From Micromonosporaceae bacterium (GTDB lineage: Bacteria; Actinomycetota; Actinomycetes; Mycobacteriales; Micromonosporaceae): DNA of 43,390 nucleotides. The notes under the pieces are model-generated. The model saw only the letters and a list, made by a program, of their open reading frames with translations. It did no database searches and was not told where the DNA came from. This document shows, one piece after another, positions 6,947 to 14,478 of this stretch. Both the position numbers and the translations under genes were made by a program. How positions within the stretch are numbered: position 1 is the first letter of the stretch; every line of letters starts with the position of its first letter. The stretch covers positions 1 through 43,390 of the forward strand of contig JBOGDG010000001.1 in assembly GCA_050701655.1 (NCBI GenBank), written 5' to 3'.

Positions 6947-8097
6947 TGCGTCACCTGGACGAGGCGATACTGCGGCTGCCGTTCTTCGCGCCGCGCCACC
7001 GCGAACTGGCCGAGAAGATCGACACCTGGTGTACGAAGCACGCGGCGCTCTGCCAGGGCCCGCACCCCGACGGCCCGCGCGCCCAGCAGCTGGCGATCCT
7101 GAGTACGCTCGGCGCCGACGGCTGGCTGGCGATGCTCGACACCTCGGGCGAAGCCCCGGAGCTGCGGTCGATCTGCCTGATGCGCGAGGCGCTGGCGTAC
7201 GCCGGGGACCTGGCCGACTACGCGTTCTCGATCCAGGCGCTGTCGGCCACACCGATCCAGCGGCACGGCACCGACCAGCAGCGGCGCCGCTACCTGCCGG
7301 GGCTCGCCGACGGCAGCCTGGTCGGGGCGTTCGCGGTCTCGGAGCACAACGCCGGCTCCGACCTCGCCGCGATCGCGCTGCGCGCGGAGCGTACCGGCGA
7401 CGGCTACCGGCTCACCGGGCACAAGGCGTGGATCGCCAACGGCGACATCGCCGACGTCATCTGCGTGGTGGCGCGCACCGGGGAGGGCCCCGGGGCGCTG
7501 GGGCTCACCGCGTTCCTGGTGCCGGCCGGCACCCCCGGATTCACCGTCGCCGAGCAGGTCGAGACACTGGCGCCCCGCGCTTTCGCGCAGCTGGAGTTCG
7601 ACGGCTGCGTGGTCGGCGAGGACGCGGTGCTCGGCCGCCCCGGCACTGGCTTCATCGTCGCGATGGAGCTGCTGGAGCGCTTCCGGATGACGGTCGGCGC
7701 GGCGGCGGTCGGCTTCGCCCGCCGGGCCGCCGAGGCCGCCCTGGCACACGCCCGCGGCCGTACGATCTACGGCGGCCGGCTGTTCGACCTGCCCACCGTC
7801 AAGGCGACGTTCGCCGACATCGAGCTGAAGCGCAACGCCGCCGCCCTGCTGGTGGCACGCGCCGCCTGGGAAGCCGACGAGCGTGGCGGGCGTACGGTGT
7901 CGAAGCACTCCAGCATCGCCAAGCTGTACGCCACCGAAGTCGCCCAGGAGATCGTGGACGCCTCGCTGCAGCTGTACGGCGCCGCCGGCCTGGTCAGCGG
8001 CAGCGTCACCGAGCGGCTCTACCGCGAGATCCGCTCGCTGCGGATCTACGAGGGCACCTCGGAGATCCAGAAGCAGATCATCGCCGGGTCCCTCTAA
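6946..8097 (+). CDS. Acyl-CoA (or acyl-ACP) dehydrogenase family flavoprotein
   Basis: In-frame part of ORF 5521..8097, starting at ATG 6946 (TGATG overlap with the previous stop). Motifs: AFAVSEHNAGSD, GYRLTGHKAWIANG and a C-terminal RIYEGTSEIQKQII carrying the catalytic Glu. Confidence 0.9.
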   Translation: MRHLDEAILRLPFFAPRHRELAEKIDTWCTKHAALCQGPHPDGPRAQQLAILSTLGADGWLAMLDTSGEAPELRSICLMREALAYAGDLADYAFSIQALSATPIQRHGTDQQRRRYLPGLADGSLVGAFAVSEHNAGSDLAAIALRAERTGDGYRLTGHKAWIANGDIADVICVVARTGEGPGALGLTAFLVPAGTPGFTVAEQVETLAPRAFAQLEFDGCVVGEDAVLGRPGTGFIVAMELLERFRMTVGAAAVGFARRAAEAALAHARGRTIYGGRLFDLPTVKATFADIELKRNAAALLVARAAWEADERGGRTVSKHSSIAKLYATEVAQEIVDASLQLYGAAGLVSGSVTERLYREIRSLRIYEGTSEIQKQIIAGSL

Positions 8098-8099
8098 GC

Positions 8100-8298
8100 T
8101 GGCCCGGCGCCCGGACCAGGCCGCCCAGCCCGAGCTCCAGGCCGGCTCGTTCCTCGGGGGTCAGCGCCTCGAACAGCATGGCGTGGACGATCCGGAAGTG
8201 GGCCCGCACCTGACAGCCGTCCGCGAGCAGGTGACGGGTCACCGCCCCGCCCTGCCGGTCGCTCCGGTGACCACGACCAGCCGTTCGTCAGTCCCCAC
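8100..8298 (-). pseudogene. Frameshifted, truncated relic of an NmrA/SDR-like gene
   Basis: The minus strand reads (V)GTDERLVVVTGATGRAGR, then a stop (8241-8239). One frame over it continues VTRHLLADGCQVRA, so the Rossmann N-terminus TGATGxxG..HLLADG.QVRA is split by a single frameshift. The continuation (HFRIVHAMLFEALTPEERAGLELGL) is not NmrA-like. Confidence 0.35.
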
Positions 8299-8445
8299 GA
8301 CGCCTCCAGCAGACGCGTACGGTGTTCCATCGCTCGGGCTTCGCCCGGCGGCGATGCGATCGATCAGTTCTGAAGAAGCGGCTGCCGACGGCGGCTTCCT
8401 AGCATGAGGGTTGTCCCCATCAGTACACGCAGAAAGCGACCTCCC

Positions 8446-8910
8446 ATGAAGGACAAGCAGAAGTCCACCCCGAGCGGCAAGGCCTACGAGGGATTCACCG
8501 ACGAGGAACGAGCCGCGATGAAGGAGCACGCGCAAGAGCTCAAGGCGCCCGCGCGCCGCGGATCGCGCGGCGCCAAGGCGGACGGGGAAAGCGCCGTGCT
8601 CGAGAAGATCGCCGAGATGCCGGAACCGGATCGCATCATCGCCGAGCGACTCCACGCCATCATCAAAGCCGCCGCGCCCGAGCTCTCACCGAAGACCTGG
8701 TACGGGATGCCCGCGTACGCCAAGGACGGCAAGGTCGTCTGCTTCTTCCAGAGCGCGGCGAAGTTCAAGACCCGATACGCAACGCTGGGCTTCGACGCCT
8801 CAGCGAACCTCGACGACGGCACGATGTGGCCGACCGCCTTCGCCCTGACGAAGCTGACCGCCGCCAACGAGGAGAAGATCAGCGCGCTCGTGAAGAAGGC
8901 GGTGAGCTGA
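8446..8910 (+). CDS. DUF1801 (YdhG-like) domain protein
   Basis: ORF 8404..8910. [33 protein letters not shown]...[32 protein letters not shown] matches the family as I remember it. No clear SD precedes either ATG (8404 or 8446), so the start is uncertain. Confidence 0.7.
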   Translation: MKDKQKSTPSGKAYEGFTDEERAAMKEHAQELKAPARRGSRGAKADGESAVLEKIAEMPEPDRIIAERLHAIIKAAAPELSPKTWYGMPAYAKDGKVVCFFQSAAKFKTRYATLGFDASANLDDGTMWPTAFALTKLTAANEEKISALVKKAVS

Positions 8911-9068
8911 GGACCCCGGTTGGCGCGCCAGTGCGCGGGCGGCTCCGCTTCACCTGCGTCAGAGGTGGCGGCACGGCCCGTCGGACAGACTTGCGCGACG
9001 GTGCGAGCGCCCGGTCCCTGAATCGGGCAAAACGGCATTGAGGACCAGCCGGGGGCAGAGTCAAGTGC

Positions 9069-10283
9069 TCAGGGCCGGGCTGCGGGTGCGGTTGGTACGG
9101 CCGAGAGGCGTTGCTGCCACACCTGGTCCAGTGCCATCCGCAGCGCGCCGGTCAGCACGGTGTTCTCGGCCAGACCTGACAGCTCCAGGCTCGGCGGCGT
9201 CAGGGTGAGCTCGTCGAGATGGCGGCGGATGGCCTCCAGCAGTACGTCGCCTGCGCGCGCGATACCGCCGCCGATGACGATGGCGTGCGGAGAGAGCACC
9301 AGCACCGCGGGCGCGACCGCCTGTGCGAATGTCGCCGCCACCTGGTCGACCACCGCGAGTGCGACCGGATCTCCTGCCGCCGCCGATGAGAAGACGGCGG
9401 CCGCGTCCGTGACATCCCGCAACGCCGAGCCCGGGTGCCCGGCAGCTGTACGGCGGGCGAGTTCGGTGATCGCCTCGGCGCCGATGGTGCGCTCCAGGGG
9501 GCCGCGGCCGTTGTCGTCCGGCCGGCGTTGTCCGGGCGGCCGGATGAACCCGATCTCGCCGGCCTCGCCCGCTCCCCGGTGTACGCGGCCGTCGATGACC
9601 ACGCCCGCGCCCAGCCGCTCGCCCCACTGGACAGCCAGCAGGGTGCCATCACGCGCCCGCTCGTACGCCACCGCCAACGCCGCCAGGTTGGCGTCGTTCT
9701 CGACCCGGATCGGGCAGTCGAAGCTGCCGTGCAGATGGTCGACGAGGTTGATCGACGACCAGCCGGGCACGCTCGGCGCGAACAGGACCCGGCCGGTGCG
9801 CTCGTCGACGATTCCCGGGGTGCCCACGGCCACCATCGCGATATCCCCGGTCGGTACGCCGGCCGCTTCGAGCGTCTCCGCGGTGACCTCACGGATCACC
9901 GCGAGCAGCTGTTTCGCGCCGCCACGGCGTACTGGCCGATGGATCACGGCGAGCTGCTCGCCGGCGAGGTCCGCGACCCCGGCCGTGACGGTGTGTGGCC
10001 CGACGTCGAGGCCCAACACCGGGGCGGCCCGACCGTTCAGCGACACCCGGACCGCCGGTCTACCACCCAGCTGGGCCGATGTCGCGGCCGTGTGTTGGCG
10101 CAGCCAGCCGGACTCGAGCAGCTGGTCTACCGCCTGCGCCACGGTCGGCCGGGTGAGCCCGGTGAGCTCGACCAGCTCGGTGAGCCGTACCGGCACGGGT
10201 GCGCTGTGCCGTACCGCATCGAGGACCGTGGCGGTGTTGATCCGGCGTAGCACCCGGGTTCCCGCCGGATGCTGCTCAGTCAT
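9069..10283 (-). CDS. ROK-family transcriptional regulator
   Basis: ORF 9069..10319(-), with ATG 10283 preceded by GGGAG. It has an N-terminal wHTH (LRRINTATVLDAVRH...LTELVELTGLTRPTVAQAVDQL) and a ROK sugar-kinase-like body (GLDVGPHTV, GTPGIVD, ENDANLAAL). Confidence 0.9.
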   Translation of the reverse strand: MTEQHPAGTRVLRRINTATVLDAVRHSAPVPVRLTELVELTGLTRPTVAQAVDQLLESGWLRQHTAATSAQLGGRPAVRVSLNGRAAPVLGLDVGPHTVTAGVADLAGEQLAVIHRPVRRGGAKQLLAVIREVTAETLEAAGVPTGDIAMVAVGTPGIVDERTGRVLFAPSVPGWSSINLVDHLHGSFDCPIRVENDANLAALAVAYERARDGTLLAVQWGERLGAGVVIDGRVHRGAGEAGEIGFIRPPGQRRPDDNGRGPLERTIGAEAITELARRTAAGHPGSALRDVTDAAAVFSSAAAGDPVALAVVDQVAATFAQAVAPAVLVLSPHAIVIGGGIARAGDVLLEAIRRHLDELTLTPPSLELSGLAENTVLTGALRMALDQVWQQRLSAVPTAPAARP

Positions 10284-10439
10284 CTGCACTCCCTGCAGCC
10301 GGTCCGATCCGGTGCGCACGCGACAACCCTAGTGTTCCGCGCCGTCTAGAAGATTGCCTTGACCGCACCGCACCGGGCTGCAACTATCCTTCACAGAACC
10401 TTTCTAAAGATCCTTTCATAACCTGCGGAGGTACGGGCC

Positions 10440-13400
10440 ATGACGTGGGATGCCGCTCGGGGTCAGCGCTGGCTCGGCCGATCAGTGCGATGGTCGCCCC
10501 GGTTGCGACCGCTGATGGTGGTCGCGCTGCTCGCCGCGTTCGCCGGTGCGTCGTTCGGGGTGGTGCCGGCGGGCGCTGCCCTGGCGCTGGAGCGGGCTGC
10601 CGCCGGTTTCGACAGCACACCGGCGCGCGACGCGCTGGTACGGCTCGTCGGTGCCTCGCGGGCCGGCCAGGTGGCCCTGCACCCGCTGGAAAGGGGCGCC
10701 GGCAAGGACCGGTTCACAGTCTCCGCCGAGGGTGGCCGGCTCGTCATCGGCGGCACCACACCGGCGGTGCAGTTGACCGGGTTCGGCTGGTACCTGCGGC
10801 ACGTCGCCCACGCGGACATCTCCGTCAACGGCTCACAGACGAACCTGCCCGAGCGGCTTCCGCTGCCGGCGGAGAGCGTCGAGCGGGACTCGTCGGTGGA
10901 CCACCGCTTCGCGCTCAACGACACCAACGAGGGGTACGCCGGCGCGTACCTGAGCTGGCCGGAGTGGCAGCGCCGGATCGACGTACTCGCCCTGCACGGC
11001 ATAAACGAGATGCTGGTGTACGAGGGCCAGGAAGCCGTCTACCAGCGCACCTTCACCGAATTCGGCTACTCCGCGCAGGACATGCGGGAATGGATCCCGC
11101 AGCCCGGCCACCAGGCGTGGTGGCTGCTGCAGAACATGTGCTGCGTCGACAGCCCGATCTCGCAGCAGCTCATCGACCAGCGGACCAGGCTGGGTAGGAA
11201 AATGGCCGACCGGCTGCGCTCGCTGGGCATGACGCCGGTGCTGCCCGGCTACTTCGGCACCGTTCCCACCGACTTCGAGGTGCGCAACCCCGGCGCGAAC
11301 ACGGTCCCGCAGGGCACCTGGAACCTGCTCGAACGGCCCGACTGGCTGGACCCGACCGACCCGTACTTCGACCGCGTGGCGGCGAGGTTCTACCAGGTGC
11401 AGACCGAGCTGTTCGGCGACAGCACGATGTACAAGATGGACCTGCTGCACGAGGGCGGCAGGGCTGGGAACGTCGACGTGCCCGACGCGTCCCGGGCGGT
11501 CCAGAAGGCGCTCGACACGGCCCACCCGGGCGCGATCTGGACCATCCTCGGCTGGCAGCGCAATCCGCTGCCGGCGACGCTGCAGGCGATCGACCGGTCG
11601 AAGATGTTCATCGTCGACGGCATCACCGAGAAGCCGCACATCACCGACCGGGACTCCGACTTCTTCGGCACCGAGTACGCCTTCGGCACGATCTGGAACT
11701 TCGGCGGCCACACCAACTTCGGCGCCGGCCTCACCGTATGGAACGAGAAGTTCCACGCGTGGCTGAAGCGGCCCGGCAGCAAGATGAACGGCATCGCGTT
11801 GATGCCCGAGGCGATCGACAACAATCCGGCCGCGGTGGCGTTCTTCGCCGACATGCCGTGGCAGGACGGCCCGGTCGACATGGACGAGTGGTTCGCGGAC
11901 TACGCGACCGCGCGGTACGGCGCCGCGGACCCGCACGCGACCGCCGCCTGGCAGACCATCGCCCGCACCGCGTACAGCTGGCCGGCCGGGGCGGACACCG
12001 TACACGTGACTGGTCTTTTCAGCGACCAGCCCGGGCTCGGCAACACCGGCACGGCACTGCGGTACGACATCGCCGCCTTCGACAAGGCGCTGGGCGAGCT
12101 GCTGCGGGTCGATCCGGCGCTGCGCGGCTCCGGTGCGTACCACTACGACCTGGTCGACGTGGCGCGGCAGGTGCTCGCCAACCACAGCCGGATCCAGCTG
12201 CCCCGGATCCGGGCGGCGTACGCGGCGAAGGACGAAGCGCTGTTCGAGCAGCTCACCGAGCAGTGGCTGGACCGGATCGCGCTGCTGGACCGGCTGCTCG
12301 CCACCGACGGCAACTTCCTGTTGGGCAGGTGGCAGCGGGAGGCCGACCGGCAGGCCGCGACCGCGGCCGAGGCGGCGACGCTGGACTACAACCTCAAGTC
12401 CCTGGTGACGCTCTGGGCCACCGGTACGGACCTGCAGGACTACGCACGCCGGGAGTTCAATGGGCTGGTCGGCCACTACTACGCCCACCGCTGGCGGCTC
12501 TACTTCGAAACCCTGACCGAGTCGCTGAAGACCGGCGAGCAGCCGGCCGCCATCGACTGGCTGGCGGTCGCGGAGGAGTGGGCCCGGGCCGGCACCCGGT
12601 TCCCCGCCGAGCCGCGGGGCGACGCGTACGCGGAGGCGAGCACAGTGGCGAGCCTGCCCGCGGGCGAGCTGGCGGTCGGCATCGACCACAAGGGCGTCCG
12701 GCCGGGCGGCACCGTGAAGCTCACCGCCACCTTCCGCAACGCCAACCAGCTGCGCCCGTCCGGTCGGCTCGCGATCGAGCTGGACGTCCCGGACGGCTAC
12801 CAGGTCACGGCGACCACACCGACAGAGGCGGACTCCGTACCCGCCGACGGGACGTTCGCCGCCGGCTGGGACGTGACGGTCCCCGCCGGGGCGGAGTCGG
12901 GCACGGTCGGCTCGTTGACCGCGACCGCGCGCTGGAGCTCGGGCGGCACCCCCGACAAGACCTCCGCCGGTACGGCGCTGCTGGTCGGCGGCACCGTCGG
13001 CGACCCGTACCGGACAGTGGAGAACACCCACGCTGTGTACGCCGAGCGCGGTGACGAGGTCAGTATCGCCGCCGGCGGTGACGACCTGTGGCGGGAGAGC
13101 AACGAGTACGCCGCCGTCTACCGGGAGGCCGCGCTCACCGATGGTGCCGCCGTGGCAACCCGGGTGGTACGCCAGCACGGCTCGTCGGCGTACACCCGGT
13201 CGGGGTTGATGGCCGGCAACGACCTGTCGGCGGCCGGAACGGGCGGCTTCGCCAACATCGCTGTCGCCCCGGAGCACGGCTGTATGTTCAGCTGGGACTC
13301 CGACGCCGACGGGCAGCTCGACTCGTACACCGAGATCGGCGGGTTCGCCCCCGAGGTGCACGTACGGCTCGCCAAGTCCGGGGACCAGCTCACCGGCTCC

Positions 13401-13994
13401 TGCAGCAGCGACGGCAGGAACTGGGCCGTGGTAGGCACCGGCACCGTGCCGGATGCCGCGACCACCGAGGACGTCGGGATGTTCGTCAGCGCGGTCAACC
13501 GGTACACCGGCCAGGAGGCGATCGCCACGTTCGCCGGCGGCATCGCGGACTCACCGTCGACATCGCGCGACGGCTCCGGCGACACCCTGCAGAGCCTGCG
13601 CAAGCCGGTCACCGCGCTGAACTACGAGAACGGCCGGCCACCCACCGCCGCCAACGACGGCAGCCGTGCCAACCGGCCGTACTGGGGTGGGCCGCTGACC
13701 CTCGGCAGCACCTGGTGGCGGGTCGACCTCGGTGCGGTGAACGACGTGTCGCTGATCAACGTCCGCAACTACGTCGACGGCACCCGGTGGTATACGTACC
13801 GCCTGGAGGGCAGCCTCGATGGCACCCACTGGTACACCCTGGGCGGCCGGAGCGGGCCACGTCCGGCGACCGACGCGGGCGACACGACGTACACGGAGGC
13901 GCAGGCCAGGTACGTCCGGGTGGTGGGCTTCAGCAACACGGCCAACAGCACCTTCCACCTCACGGAGGTGAGCGTCTACGGCACCCCTAGTTAA
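10440..13994 (+). CDS. Secreted alpha-N-acetylglucosaminidase (GH89/NAGLU family) with C-terminal accessory domains
   Basis: ORF 10440..13994, with GGAGG 8 nt upstream. The N-terminus has a signal peptide. NAGLU-type blocks are present: FGWYLRHV, YAGAYLSWPEWQRRIDVLALHGINEMLV, WWLLQNMCC, DLLHEGG and FGTIWNFGGHTN. The C-terminus has a concanavalin/DUF1349-like region and an F5/8 type C (discoidin) domain (YVRVVGFSNT..FHLTEVSVYG). Confidence 0.9.
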   Translation: MTWDAARGQRWLGRSVRWSPRLRPLMVVALLAAFAGASFGVVPAGAALALERAAAGFDSTPARDALVRLVGASRAGQVALHPLERGAGKDRFTVSAEGGRLVIGGTTPAVQLTGFGWYLRHVAHADISVNGSQTNLPERLPLPAESVERDSSVDHRFALNDTNEGYAGAYLSWPEWQRRIDVLALHGINEMLVYEGQEAVYQRTFTEFGYSAQDMREWIPQPGHQAWWLLQNMCCVDSPISQQLIDQRTRLGRKMADRLRSLGMTPVLPGYFGTVPTDFEVRNPGANTVPQGTWNLLERPDWLDPTDPYFDRVAARFYQVQTELFGDSTMYKMDLLHEGGRAGNVDVPDASRAVQKALDTAHPGAIWTILGWQRNPLPATLQAIDRSKMFIVDGITEKPHITDRDSDFFGTEYAFGTIWNFGGHTNFGAGLTVWNEKFHAWLKRPGSKMNGIALMPEAIDNNPAAVAFFADMPWQDGPVDMDEWFADYATARYGAADPHATAAWQTIARTAYSWPAGADTVHVTGLFSDQPGLGNTGTALRYDIAAFDKALGELLRVDPALRGSGAYHYDLVDVARQVLANHSRIQLPRIRAAYAAKDEALFEQLTEQWLDRIALLDRLLATDGNFLLGRWQREADRQAATAAEAATLDYNLKSLVTLWATGTDLQDYARREFNGLVGHYYAHRWRLYFETLTESLKTGEQPAAIDWLAVAEEWARAGTRFPAEPRGDAYAEASTVASLPAGELAVGIDHKGVRPGGTVKLTATFRNANQLRPSGRLAIELDVPDGYQVTATTPTEADSVPADGTFAAGWDVTVPAGAESGTVGSLTATARWSSGGTPDKTSAGTALLVGGTVGDPYRTVENTHAVYAERGDEVSIAAGGDDLWRESNEYAAVYREAALTDGAAVATRVVRQHGSSAYTRSGLMAGNDLSAAGTGGFANIAVAPEHGCMFSWDSDADGQLDSYTEIGGFAPEVHVRLAKSGDQLTGSCSSDGRNWAVVGTGTVPDAATTEDVGMFVSAVNRYTGQEAIATFAGGIADSPSTSRDGSGDTLQSLRKPVTALNYENGRPPTAANDGSRANRPYWGGPLTLGSTWWRVDLGAVNDVSLINVRNYVDGTRWYTYRLEGSLDGTHWYTLGGRSGPRPATDAGDTTYTEAQARYVRVVGFSNTANSTFHLTEVSVYGTPS
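12930..12982 (+). repeat. Copy 1 (inside GH89 coding sequence) of a 52/53-nt duplicated segment
   Basis: cgctggagctcgggcggcacccccgacaagacctccgccggtacggcgctgct is identical to 16116-16167 except for one extra C in the C-run. Confidence 0.9.
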
Positions 13995-14013
13995 GAAACC
14001 TAATCGATCAAGG

Positions 14014-14081
14014 CCAATGTATTGACGCTGTGTGGTTGACGCGCCACGATGCTTGACAAGTCCAATACAGCAAGGTATTGG
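14014..14081 (+). promoter_or_regulatory. AT-rich putative promoter/operator patch upstream of the peroxidase gene
   Basis: Three TTGAC boxes (14022, 14036, 14053). CCAATgTATTGa at 14014-14025. A perfect inverted repeat CCAATAC-N6-GTATTGG at 14062-14081. The line 13981-14040 is 28/60 G+C by hand count, against more than 70 percent elsewhere. Confidence 0.35.
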
Positions 14082-14478
14082 GCACCTGGGGAGGCGAGAT
14101 GGCCAGCGTCGAATCGGCCTGGCTGGGACAAGGTCAGGTCTGCGCCGAGAAGGCCAACGCTTCGTCGACAGGCTCGGTCACTGCCCGCCGACGGCATCAT
14201 CCAACGACGTACTGCTCCCTAGCCGGTCGCGCCTGCCACCACGCTGCCTGGCGCGGCTGACGGCCGCCTCGCGCCCGTACCCTCGCATGCGGGCGCGGGG
14301 CGCTCACGTCGCGTCAGGGTCGAACAGCGTCGGTACGCACCCCCGGCAGGAGATCCTGCGTGCGCAATCTCCCTGAACTTCAGAGCCGAGCGCGAGGTCC
14401 GCCACGCCCGGCGATCCATGGCGCGCGCCGACACCGCCTCCCCGGGGTCACCGGCACATCAAGCCATCGGAGACAGCC

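Noticed and set aside
2664-7252. Very long minus-strand ORFs 2664..4658 (664 aa) and 4730..7252 (840 aa), antisense to the TE/KASIII-like/HDO-like/ACAD genes
   Set aside because: Their products are Arg/Gly/Pro/Ala-rich and motif-free, the typical shadow ORFs of high-GC DNA. The plus-strand genes have clear family motifs and coupled start/stop overlaps.
8911-9068. Possible terminator hairpins or a small gene between the DUF1801 and ROK genes (TGGCGCGCCA palindrome; CACCT-N7-AGGTG)
   Set aside because: The stems are only 5-6 bp or are simple restriction-site-like palindromes. No ORF has coding character.
10833-13361. Minus-strand ORF of 842 aa, and several 100-440-aa ORFs, inside the GH89 gene
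   Set aside because: These are antisense or off-frame shadows of a gene with strong NAGLU-family blocks. They contain no motifs.
14078-14260. 60-aa ORF (and the nested 53-aa version with a GGGGAGG-like SD) in the GH89/peroxidase gap
   Set aside because: The sequence has no recognisable similarity, and its composition is not distinguishable from random high-GC translation. The region is reported as an unexplained leader instead.
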